A DNA stretch of 64,000 nt from Rhodothermales bacterium (GTDB taxonomy: Bacteria > Bacteroidota > Rhodothermia > Rhodothermales > VXPQ01). Every line of letters starts with the position of its first letter. Position 1 is the first letter of the stretch. Under the pieces are notes generated by a model that was not told where the DNA came from, did not search any database, and was given only the letters and a program-made list of their open reading frames with translations. Shown piece after piece: positions 11,801 through 19,839 of the stretch. The stretch is taken from positions 42,408-106,407 of the forward strand of contig JBBDTI010000075.1 in assembly GCA_040904565.1 (NCBI GenBank), read 5' to 3'. A program made the translations under genes and the position numbers.

Positions 11801-12170
11801 TATCTGCCAGGGAGAGCGTGTCGTCCGACTCATGTTCGTAGACCGTAAAGCTGTTTCCGTCGTACTTGTTCAGCCCGCTCTCCGTGCCGATCCACATGAA
11901 TCCGTAGCGATCCTGGAGGATCGCATACACCACGTTATTAGAAAGTCCATCCTGAGCAGAGAGCCGCGTAAACCGGTAGCGCGTCTCATCGATCGGCTCG
12001 GAGAACGCCGACCCTGCGAGCACAATCGTGCCACTCAACAAGATCAACAAATGTACGAGCCTGTCCGTGCACCACGTCGTCACGCTACGATGTGAAGGAT
12101 AAACGGGAGGCATCTGCGGTGATGGTCCGGGAGGTTTTGACGAGGTCTCGGAGGCAGCACCCCTCCGCAT
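8880..12170 (-). CDS. Sensor histidine kinase: regulator-propeller repeats + Y_Y_Y + TM + HisKA_3/HATPase
   Basis: Many SLSxxxV...D..G.LWIGT..GGLNRFD repeats; YQYRLEGYD (Y_Y_Y); PPWWQTLWF TM; ERERHYLARELHD, ELRPPSL, ITDDGRGF, HFGLLG. Start uncertain. Confidence 0.92.
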   Translation of the reverse strand: MRRGAASETSSKPPGPSPQMPPVYPSHRSVTTWCTDRLVHLLILLSGTIVLAGSAFSEPIDETRYRFTRLSAQDGLSNNVVYAILQDRYGFMWIGTESGLNKYDGNSFTVYEHESDDTLSLADSRVEDLLEDEEGNIWIATRWGGLNRFDRERNAFIRYPVYDCGVEPCNRPDGLNSAVVTSLHEDASGRIWIGTLEGLARLDRESGRFEHFRHEPGNPRSLSHDKIWCLGEDAEGNLLVGTWDGGLNRLDPVSRTVTRFTADQVDTPHLTGNRIRAIESDQFGDVWIGISGGGLNRLDASMTSFEAFTHAPDDPGTIGDNKVWSILQDSRGVLWVGTYDGGLARYDRATRQFRRFMYDESDPSSIASNIVTELYEDRAGNLWVGSSRGLSIYNLAQERHQHYTHVEGDPNSLSNDDVLALHRGANQPNVLWIGTDGGGIDCFDLRTETFRRIEAPNSAAWFHNSVVTGIDEDLGGNLWIGTNGDGLFSYDHATGRTTHYGYAPDDPSSIGSNAILDVHVAASGYVWAATDGGGLSRLDPVKGTFTRYRNDPYDPTTLSDNSVQVIYEDRKGTLWIGTVGGGLNRFDRATETFTTYRHAPRNDASLSHDRIASIYEDADGILWLGTYGGLNRFDPASEQVTRYTIDEGFTPEPYFSITGDGNGALWITAANRLTYFDPETATVRHFNDRNGLSPNQYSSGALLLTHTGSIVIGGRNGFSHFRPPLPEYDQDRQPPVVFTTLKKMDEVVDWEIPSEQTVSLSYSDRFFTLEFAVLDFTNPSMHQYQYRLEGYDAGWQHMSGSLGRASYANFRPRQDEYIFRVRAANSQGAWNTVWLRLRIIPPWWQTLWFRVSAILAIGLVGGSVAMYRYNREQRVKSETLRLLTEGRERERHYLARELHDSPLQNLYSIRHKIEVLARDPADSEREKMLEDLHGVVQQTAEDLRILCGELRPPSLGPFGLEKAIRAHMRTIMRSQPNMNATLDLAPDRQELNEHLRHSLFRIYQSAITNVIRHADASNVLVRFELDDSGVLLEITDDGRGFNVPKSLLTLARSQHFGLLGISEWAEAIEANLTLESTPGDGTTVRVLAPRPVHQDA

Positions 12171-12432
12171 GCTACCGTGCCACGCCGGCTCTGTCCATCA
12201 CGGCGAGCGGAAGCGGGCCGTGTTGTGCAGTGACGTGCGGTACGGCCTCATGCTGGGTTGCACGATGCCGTGTGGTGCTGCGTTGTTTCTGGCGTGTCGC
12301 GCTGCGTTGTTTCGGGCGCCGTGCGCCATGCTGCTTCGATGGCGTAAGATACTATGTTTCAGACTGTTGTAAAGGGGGCATATCCCCGCGCCGACGGAAT
12401 TGGTGCGGCTCATTGCTGGCGCACGCCTGATT

Positions 12433-12484
12433 CGTAGTGTCGCAGTGTCACGACCGTAGTGTGAGAGTGCCTGCTGCGTAGTGT
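12433..12484. promoter_or_regulatory. Three CGTAGTGT direct repeats phased at 22 bp, putative regulator binding sites
   Basis: Exact 8-mers at 12433, 12455 and 12477. Confidence 0.55.
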
Positions 12485-12754
12485 CTGACCGCCACTCATT
12501 CAGGTAGAGATTGCCACCGGAATGGCAGTCTCAACTCATGACAATATCAACGGATACCGCGTACTTGTCTCCAGATCGTGCAGGGGCCGGTTCAATGCAG
12601 GGACTGGACTCATACAGCGCCCCGTCCCATGGACGGTCCCATATTCGGTCACATACAGCGTTCGGTGCAAGAATGCCGGTGCAAAAATGATCGAACGACG
12701 GCGGACTCCGTCGGACCACCCTCACTGTCCTACTGACTGAATTCGTAAGATGCC

Positions 12755-12928
12755 ATGAAACAATTTGTTTCCATCTTTCTCTCCGCCGTTTTCGCCTCCG
12801 CCATCTTGATCGGATGTGGATTTGTCGATAGCAATACGAGCCGTGTCGAATCCGAGGAGCCGACGACCATCGAGAGAACCAATATCGGAGCCTTTGCTAC
12901 GGCCGATACCACGGGATTCGAGGGATAG
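12755..12928 (+). CDS. 57-aa small lipoprotein, absent from the ORF track
   Basis: Manual translation MKQFVSIFLSAVFASAILIGCGFVDSNTSRVESEEPTTIERTNIGAFATADTTGFEG*; basic N-terminus, hydrophobic core, lipobox LIG-C. Confidence 0.72.
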   Translation: MKQFVSIFLSAVFASAILIGCGFVDSNTSRVESEEPTTIERTNIGAFATADTTGFEG

Positions 12929-13104
12929 TGTGAAGGGCTGTCTCTTGTGAACACAACGTCGGAAGACGTACGACAATCCGTGCCTCGTTGCACATCTAAT
13001 GCTGCAGGGAGTAAGGGGATGACTCCCTTGCGGCCGCGAGACGGCGTCACGCAACGTGATGCCTGCACGGAACGGCGAAGTCTGACAACGGACTTCGTAT
13101 AAGG

Positions 13105-13150
13105 ATCCGCGCCACCCGCAGCTCTCTCCGGGTGGCGCGGATTTTTTTTT
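13105..13150 (+). terminator. Rho-independent terminator
   Basis: 14-bp stem ATCCGCGCCACCCG/CGGGTGGCGCGGAT followed by a T run ending at 13150. Confidence 0.88.
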
Positions 13151-13194
13151 GCTTCCTCGGTGCCGGTGCCGGTGCCTCAGGAGTAACCGGTGCC

Positions 13195-14337
13195 TCAGAC
13201 GTAATCGGGGGCGCTCTGCACGTCCACCAGTTTTCTTGAGATGGTGCTGATCGACTCGGCGCCGTTGTTCGTGACGACGACATCGTCTTCGATGCGGGCA
13301 CCTCCAAGCTGTGGGATGTAGATGCCCGGCTCGATCGTAAACGTCATACCTTCCTCCAGAACCACGTCGTTGTTTGCTCGGATGTAAGGCGGCTCGTGGA
13401 CGTCGAGGCCGAGGCCGTGTCCCGTTCGATGGATAAACCGGGACCCGAATCCGGCGTTCTCTACGACGGCGCGTGCGGCACGATCGACCTGGCCTGCCGT
13501 TCTTCCCGGGGCGGCCGCGTCGCGCGCTGCGCTATTGGCCTCCCTCACGATGTGGACGATGCGATGCAGATCGTCCGGTACCGGGCCGTAGCTAAACATT
13601 CGTGTCAGGTCGGAGAAATAGCCTTCGGCATTCGCCCCCCAGTCTACCAGCAAAAGATCGCCTTCAGCGAGTGGCCGGTCTCCCGGGACTGCGTGCGGGT
13701 TGGCGGTCGAGGAGCCAAAGGCCACGATTGGAGAGAAGGGCAGCCGGGGCGCGCTGCCGCCTTCAAGGAGGTAGGCAGTCAGACGGGATGCCAGCTCTCT
13801 CTCCGTGATGCCGGGCGTGACGTGCGACAGTACGCGCTCGAGCGCCTTCTCGGCGATGTGTACGGCCCGGCGAATACGTGCCACTTCGTCGGCATCCTTA
13901 CGGGCGCGCAGGACCGACAGCGCCTCGGCACCATCCACAAACGCGGCTCGTGGTGCCGCGTGCTCGAAATAGCGAAGCTCCAGTACGCGGAATCGTTCCG
14001 GTTCGAGTCCGATCGTGGCAAAGTCGAGCCGTGCCTCGTCCGACGCCCGCTGAAACGCCCGCTGCCATGTCGTTGTGTCCTCGCCATATGCATGGATCTG
14101 TGCATCAAAGCCGATGTTCGAAGTTTTCTCTGTCTCGAGCTCGGGCAGGACCAACAGCGGAACCCCGTCCTTGCGGAAAATACCGACGACAGGACGTTCG
14201 CTGAGGTGGAACGAGAGCCCCGTCAAATACGTCATTGATGAACCCGCATTCAGAAGCAGCGCGTCCAGCCCCAGTCTATCGAATTGTTCGCCCAGTCGTC
14301 GCTGTCGATCTTCGAGCTGATTGTTCGGTTTGGTCAT
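13195..14337 (-). CDS. Xaa-Pro aminopeptidase (M24)
   Basis: PHAVPG, DWGA..GYFSDLTR, HRTGHGLGLDVHEPP, TIEPGIY, GARIEDDV. Confidence 0.92.
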   Translation of the reverse strand: MTKPNNQLEDRQRRLGEQFDRLGLDALLLNAGSSMTYLTGLSFHLSERPVVGIFRKDGVPLLVLPELETEKTSNIGFDAQIHAYGEDTTTWQRAFQRASDEARLDFATIGLEPERFRVLELRYFEHAAPRAAFVDGAEALSVLRARKDADEVARIRRAVHIAEKALERVLSHVTPGITERELASRLTAYLLEGGSAPRLPFSPIVAFGSSTANPHAVPGDRPLAEGDLLLVDWGANAEGYFSDLTRMFSYGPVPDDLHRIVHIVREANSAARDAAAPGRTAGQVDRAARAVVENAGFGSRFIHRTGHGLGLDVHEPPYIRANNDVVLEEGMTFTIEPGIYIPQLGGARIEDDVVVTNNGAESISTISRKLVDVQSAPDYV

Positions 14338-14520
14338 GCGCCATATGCGAGATATTCTGAAGTAGTGGTCGACTTTTGCGTAAGTTGCTCGGCGTGGATA
14401 GATTTGGAAGCGGATTCATGGGGATCGTTTCCGTTCATTTATTCTTCACTACGACAGGAAAACACCCGTACTCCGCGCGCAGTAAGCTCCGCGTAGACCT
14501 ATTCGCGACGTTCATCCGTA

Positions 14521-15963
14521 ATGACCTTTTTTGCATTCGGTGTAAATCACCTCAGAGCTCCGGTCGACGTACGTGAAGCTTTTGCGCTCGACGAAGAGGG
14601 CAAACGTGGCTTGTATCGTCAGCTCGAACTCGGGCCATCCTCCGAACTTCTGCTGCTTTCTACGTGCAATCGTACCGAAGCGTATCTATATGGTACGGAG
14701 CCGGACGTCGAGGTGGTAAGGGGGGCCCTGAGTGATGCGGCCGGGACGACGTGGCCTGAAGAGAGTGCCTTCTTCTTTCAGGACGAGGCAGCGATCCAGC
14801 ACGTTCTCGAGGTAGCGGCCGGACTCAAATCGCTCGTACTCGGGGATGCGCAGATTTTTTCACAACTGAAGGAGGGATACCGGATCGCCGTCGAGGAGCA
14901 GCGGATGGATACGACGATGCACCGCCTCCTTCATACTGCTTTTCGCACGGCGAAGCGCGTCATCAACGAGACGGATCTGTCGACCGGTGCCGCGTCGATA
15001 CCGCATCAGGCCGTCGAGGCCGCAAAGGCGCATGTTCGATCTCACCGCGGACAGGCGCTCGATGCGCTGAGCGCGCTCGTCGTGGGGTCGGGGAGCATGG
15101 GACTCATTGCGGCGGAGGCGCTCTGTCTGGAACGCATTCGCAGTCTGTCCTTTACGAACCGGTCGGAGGAGCGTGGACGTGCGGCCTCATCGAAGTATCA
15201 CGCGACATTCGTTCCATGGAGCGACCGATATCAGGCGGCGGCGGCGGCGGATGTAGTCATCGTAGCGACGTCGGCGGAAGAGCCTGTGCTGTTCTTCGAG
15301 CCGTTTCGCGACGCGGGCGTGTCCGACGGCCTGCTTATCATCGACATCTCCGTGCCGCGGAACGTGGAGCGAGGTATCGAAGAGCTGCCGGGCATCCACG
15401 TAATCAACGTGGACCAGCTCATAGAGGTCGCGGAAGGGACGCAGGAGGTACGGGCATCGGCCGTACCCGATGCCCGCCGCATCGTTGACGAGATGCTCGG
15501 GGAATTCGTGTCCTGGGTATTTCACCATCAAGCCTTGCAGCCGGCGATTCGAGCCATCGGGGAGACGTTCGAGGCGATTCGCGTACAGGAGGTCAACCGG
15601 CACCATCAGCGCTTCTCAGAGGCGGACCGAGCCGAGCTCGACCGGATTACGCGATCGATCATCCAGAAGCTGCTCGCCGTACCGATCGTCCGTCTCAAGA
15701 GCGTCGACCCGGAGAGCATTAATTTTGCGCACGGTATTCGCCTGCTGCATGCGCTGTTCGAGCGACAGGAGTGTGAAGACGATCGAGTCGGCACGTCGAG
15801 CGATGCGCCGCCATTGGATTCGCGATCCGAAGCGCTTAGAGAAGACTGTCCGATCGAGCCGCAGCTGCCCGGCGCTCCCTTTGCCGACGAAGAGCTGGAG
15901 ATGGATCTCAGAGATATTCTCCGCTCCTTTCCCGGCCGGGATGAAGGAACGACGGCGTCATGA
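14521..15963 (+). CDS. hemA: Glutamyl-tRNA reductase
   Basis: GVNHLRAPVDVRE, LSTCNRTE, GLKSLVLGDAQI, DISVPRNV; upstream of hemC. Confidence 0.93.
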   Translation: MTFFAFGVNHLRAPVDVREAFALDEEGKRGLYRQLELGPSSELLLLSTCNRTEAYLYGTEPDVEVVRGALSDAAGTTWPEESAFFFQDEAAIQHVLEVAAGLKSLVLGDAQIFSQLKEGYRIAVEEQRMDTTMHRLLHTAFRTAKRVINETDLSTGAASIPHQAVEAAKAHVRSHRGQALDALSALVVGSGSMGLIAAEALCLERIRSLSFTNRSEERGRAASSKYHATFVPWSDRYQAAAAADVVIVATSAEEPVLFFEPFRDAGVSDGLLIIDISVPRNVERGIEELPGIHVINVDQLIEVAEGTQEVRASAVPDARRIVDEMLGEFVSWVFHHQALQPAIRAIGETFEAIRVQEVNRHHQRFSEADRAELDRITRSIIQKLLAVPIVRLKSVDPESINFAHGIRLLHALFERQECEDDRVGTSSDAPPLDSRSEALREDCPIEPQLPGAPFADEELEMDLRDILRSFPGRDEGTTAS

Positions 15964-16898
15964 GCGCCGATTCGCTCGTTCTGGGAACGAGAGGGAGTGC
16001 GCTCGCGCTTCGACAGGCCCGACTCGTGCAACAACAGCTCGACGACCTGGGATACGAGGTCGAGCTCCGCATCATCAAGACCACGGGCGATCGGATTCTC
16101 GACGTACCGTTATCCGACATCGGCGATAAGGGCCTGTTTACGAAGGAACTCGATCTCGCGCTCCTGGAGGGTTCGATTCAGCTCGCCGTACATTCATTGA
16201 AGGATCTGCCGACGCGGCTTCCGGACGGGCTGGTTATCGCCGCCGTGACGGAGCGTGAGGATCCTCGAGACGCCTTTGTGGCCCATCCCGCTTTTAGTGG
16301 GGCGCTCGTGGACGTTCCTGAGGGAGCGATGATCGCGACGGCGTCCCTGCGCCGGCGCGCTCAGCTGAAGGCCTGGCGCAGCGATCTACGCATCGAGCCC
16401 GTCCGTGGCAACGTCGACACGCGTCTGCAAAAGCTCGACGGAGGAGACTGGACGGGCATCGTGCTTGCCGCTGCCGGACTCCTGCGCCTCGGCATGGAGG
16501 AGCGCATCACGGAGGCCATCGATCCTGCGTTCATGCTGCCCGCCGTCGGACAGGGTGCGCTGGCTATCGTGTGTGCGGAATCCGACATGCCCACGCAAGA
16601 TCTACTTCGATCCGTCCTCCACCATTCCGATACAGCTAATGCCGTTATTGCAGAAAGGGCACTCCTCCATCGACTCCAGGGTGGGTGCTCCATACCCGTG
16701 GGCTGTTACGCTACGGTACACCAGGATCGTCTGGTGATGGAGGGATGCGTGGCGGATCTGGAAGGCCGGCGTGTCGTTCGCGGCAGCATAGAAGGCGTCG
16801 TTTCGGATGCGGAAGTGATGGGGCGCGAACTGGGAGACGAACTCATAGCGCGGGGGGCCGGCGCCATCCTGGATGAGATTCGTAACGCGTCGTCATGA
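15960..16898 (+). CDS. hemC: Hydroxymethylbilane synthase
   Basis: GTRGSALAL, KGLFTKEL, AVHSLKDLP, ASLRRRAQ, RGNVDTRL, GGCSIPVG. Confidence 0.97.
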   Translation: MSADSLVLGTRGSALALRQARLVQQQLDDLGYEVELRIIKTTGDRILDVPLSDIGDKGLFTKELDLALLEGSIQLAVHSLKDLPTRLPDGLVIAAVTEREDPRDAFVAHPAFSGALVDVPEGAMIATASLRRRAQLKAWRSDLRIEPVRGNVDTRLQKLDGGDWTGIVLAAAGLLRLGMEERITEAIDPAFMLPAVGQGALAIVCAESDMPTQDLLRSVLHHSDTANAVIAERALLHRLQGGCSIPVGCYATVHQDRLVMEGCVADLEGRRVVRGSIEGVVSDAEVMGRELGDELIARGAGAILDEIRNASS

Positions 16899-17632
16899 TG
16901 AGCCCGCTGGCCGTACTGCTTCGATCTGGTGATGAGGACGATCCGTACGAAGCGGCGTTCTCGGAGCAGGGATTTGATGTTCGTTCGATTCCGGTGCTCG
17001 CGTTTAAACTCGTCAATCTGGACAAGCTTCGTGACCTCATCAGTCGCCCCGACGAGTACTCGGGATTGATGCTAACGAGTCCACGTGCCGTCGACGCGCT
17101 CGGTGAGGTGCTCCTGCGGGGATCGGTTTTCCTTGAGCGATGGCGCGGCAAACCAGTCTTCGTCGTCGGGTCGCGGACGGCGGACGGCGTCCGAGCGCTC
17201 GGCCTTGATCCGGTGGGGGAGGGGTCCGGTTCTGCTCAAGTCCTGGCTCGGCTCATTCTGAGCGAGCCCATTCACAACCAGCTGCTATTCCTTTCCGGAG
17301 ATCGGCGGCTGGACGAGCTTCCGTCGACCTTGCGAGACGCGGGGACGCCGTTCGCTGAGCTCTGCGTCTACGAGACCCGTCTGCGTCCGGAGATAGACTG
17401 GCCCGTGGATCGACCCGTCGACTGGATCGTCTTTTTCAGCCCGTCAGGCATCGAGGCCGTCGAAGGTACGGATCCTGGACTACTGGAAGCGGTCCACGTC
17501 GCTGCGATCGGGGAGACGACGGCTACGGCGTTGCGTGATCGCGGCGTCGAGGTGGATGCTGTAGCGACCGAGCCGAATGCGCAAGCTTTAAGTGAGGCCG
17601 TCCGTGCGGCCTACGACCGTATCCGCTCCTGA
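16895..17632 (+). CDS. hemD: Uroporphyrinogen-III synthase
   Basis: LTSPRAV, VGSRTA, VYET, FFSPSG, AIGETTA; overlaps hemC stop. Confidence 0.88.
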   Translation: MMSPLAVLLRSGDEDDPYEAAFSEQGFDVRSIPVLAFKLVNLDKLRDLISRPDEYSGLMLTSPRAVDALGEVLLRGSVFLERWRGKPVFVVGSRTADGVRALGLDPVGEGSGSAQVLARLILSEPIHNQLLFLSGDRRLDELPSTLRDAGTPFAELCVYETRLRPEIDWPVDRPVDWIVFFSPSGIEAVEGTDPGLLEAVHVAAIGETTATALRDRGVEVDAVATEPNAQALSEAVRAAYDRIRS

Positions 17633-18259
17633 CGCTGCGTCGAGGGCTGCACGAATGTCCGCCGCGGCTCGAACGGGATTTGCGGCGAGCGTGATGGCGG
17701 TCATCACGGCGATCCCATGTGCACCGGCATTCATGACCGATTCGACGCGTTCCGCCGTGACGCCGGCAATCGCGATGACGGGAACGCCGACGGCTTCGCA
17801 CACCCTGGTCAGCGTCGCAAGGCCCTTCACCGAGGCCGGATTTCGTTTGCTGGCCGTCTTGAAGACGGGTCCAAACCCGACATAATCGGCCCCGTCGTCT
17901 TCGATCCGAAGAGCCTGTTCGAGTGTCGTCGCCGTTCCACCGATCAATGCCTCTGGACCGAGCACGCGCCGGGCGGCCGGAATCGGAAAATCGGACTGCC
18001 CGAGGTGGACGCCATCAGCCGATACGGCCTGCGCAACATCGATCCGATCATCGACCACGAACACCGCCGATTGCCGGCGACAGACTTCGGCGGTTTCAGC
18101 GGCTTCCTTCAGTACATGCCGGATGCCGCTGTGTTTTTCTCGGAACTGAATCGTATCCGCACCGCCCTCGATGGCGAGGCGTGCTATTTCCGCGTGGGAA
18201 TAGCGCTGTTGGAAGTGATAGTCCGTGAGGACGTGAAATCGTCCGATTGTACGCTGCAT
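17588..18259 (-). CDS. thiE: Thiamine-phosphate synthase
   Basis: IQFREK, VDDRIDVA, GVHLGQSD, DYVGFGPVFKTASK, PVIAIAG. Confidence 0.92.
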   Translation of the reverse strand: MQRTIGRFHVLTDYHFQQRYSHAEIARLAIEGGADTIQFREKHSGIRHVLKEAAETAEVCRRQSAVFVVDDRIDVAQAVSADGVHLGQSDFPIPAARRVLGPEALIGGTATTLEQALRIEDDGADYVGFGPVFKTASKRNPASVKGLATLTRVCEAVGVPVIAIAGVTAERVESVMNAGAHGIAVMTAITLAANPVRAAADIRAALDAASGADTVVGRTDGLT

Positions 18260-18309
18260 GTTGGCGACTGGAAGAGGAAACCTGAGGAATGTGTTAGTAT
18301 GAGATCGGT

Positions 18310-18756
18310 CTACTCGTGCCTCGATGCACCCAGTGACGTGACAAGGTCGTCGTAGCGCGGCCAAGCGTCCCGATCCAGCTCGTAGGACGTAAGACCAATG
18401 GTCACGTCCGCCCAGGACCCGTAGTCACGAACGTCCAGCACGCGATGGGCAGAATCCATCCGGTTCGCGGCCACGTCGGCGACCGACCGGATACGCACCC
18501 ACGGCCCCCGAACGTGTATCTCCGCGATACGTCGCCGGAGATTGAAGCTCGTCCATGCGGAAGCCAGAAGGATGGCCCCGGCAGCAGCCCAGAATGCATA
18601 TGGAACGATGGACAGCTCTTCAAGAACGGCGACCAGCGTAGCGATCATCACGGGAAGCAAGAACGCAGCCAGGGACGGGACGAGGGCCCGTGAGTAGACC
18701 GCGGTTCGGTGTAGATCACCCGGGTGATTCCTGCTCTTAAACTGCCGATCCGTCAA
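18310..18756 (-). CDS. Hypothetical membrane protein (2 TM + PH-like soluble part)
   Basis: Two hydrophobic segments; start overlaps the stop of the upstream gene. Confidence 0.65.
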   Translation of the reverse strand: MTDRQFKSRNHPGDLHRTAVYSRALVPSLAAFLLPVMIATLVAVLEELSIVPYAFWAAAGAILLASAWTSFNLRRRIAEIHVRGPWVRIRSVADVAANRMDSAHRVLDVRDYGSWADVTIGLTSYELDRDAWPRYDDLVTSLGASRHE

Positions 18757-19823
18757 CCGAAATGCCCCCTTTCGGCCGCTGAACGTTGCTGGTCGACGAG
18801 TGCGGAAGCGACGGCTCTCGGCACGGGAAGATCCATCATCGTTCTGAGTCCGGCAGCCGCCTGTACGATGGCCGGGATCGTGTTAACGACCATCGCAACC
18901 GTGGCTGTATCGCCGAAGATGCCGTTTTGAACCACCAGATTGATCGGGGGCGTACCGTCGATGCGAATGACGTCTCGTGAATCGGTTGCACCCACGTACA
19001 TCAGAAGATCCAGCGAAAGCACCTCCGCCGTTCCGTGGAACCCCTTCATGGTGTGATGGATGCCGGCCACCTCACCGCGACCGACGCGCAGATGGTCTGT
19101 CTGGACGTCCTGCTCGGCGATGACCGGTTCGAGATGTTCGTCGATCCGCTCGATCACCCATCCGAGTCCGGCGGCCAGAAGACTCAGGGATTCGCGCAGA
19201 CCGATATGTCCGAATCTTCCGGTCGACTTTCGCTCCGCGAACGCGTCGACGTTCAATCCGGCTCCGATCTTCTGCTGCAGCGGCATCCGTCGGCTGCCGG
19301 CGTTAACAATGCGCTGTACGTGAACGGATCGCACGTCCGTACAGACGGCGGTAGCCATAAGCGGCAGCAGATCCATGGCATATCCTGGATTTACGCCGGT
19401 CCCGACGACAGCCACGCCGTGCTCGCGTGCGAGGTCGTCCAATGCCTGACTGCGGTTTTTATGGCGCTCGAACGGAAAAGCAAGTTCTTCGGTTGACGAG
19501 ATGACGTGGGCGCCGTGTCGGATGCAGCCCTCAATCTGCGGGTAGACGTCTTCCAGAAAGGATGTTGTCGTGTGCAGCACGACGTCCGGTCGCGTCCGAT
19601 GCAAGGCCTCCTCTGCATCCCGTTCGATGGTTATGCCGGTATCCTCGTCAAGCCCGAGCAACTCGCCGACGTCGCGTCTCGCTTTCTTCGGGTCTACGTC
19701 CACGGCAGCCACGAGCTCAAAGGTGTGCGAGCACTGCTGTGTACGGAGTACGGTTCGCACACATTCGAGGCCTATGGGACCTACGCCATACTGCATCACT
19801 CGCACGGGTTGCTCTTCTCGCAT
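18753..19823 (-). CDS. NAD(P)-dependent oxidoreductase, 2,4-diaminopentanoate dehydrogenase (Ord)/DapB-like family
   Basis: QYGVGPIG, VISSTEEL.FP, GTGVNPGYAMD, RRMPLQQKIGAG, GHIGLRES, GDTATVA. Confidence 0.8.
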   Translation of the reverse strand: MREEQPVRVMQYGVGPIGLECVRTVLRTQQCSHTFELVAAVDVDPKKARRDVGELLGLDEDTGITIERDAEEALHRTRPDVVLHTTTSFLEDVYPQIEGCIRHGAHVISSTEELAFPFERHKNRSQALDDLAREHGVAVVGTGVNPGYAMDLLPLMATAVCTDVRSVHVQRIVNAGSRRMPLQQKIGAGLNVDAFAERKSTGRFGHIGLRESLSLLAAGLGWVIERIDEHLEPVIAEQDVQTDHLRVGRGEVAGIHHTMKGFHGTAEVLSLDLLMYVGATDSRDVIRIDGTPPINLVVQNGIFGDTATVAMVVNTIPAIVQAAAGLRTMMDLPVPRAVASALVDQQRSAAERGHFG

Positions 19824-19839
19824 ACGTGATTTTCGATCC

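Noticed and set aside
8900-12000. Nucleotide-level repeats within the kinase gene
   Set aside because: Explained by beta-propeller blade repeats of the protein
17588-17632. 45-bp convergent overlap of hemD and thiE
   Set aside because: Ordinary tail overlap in a compact genome
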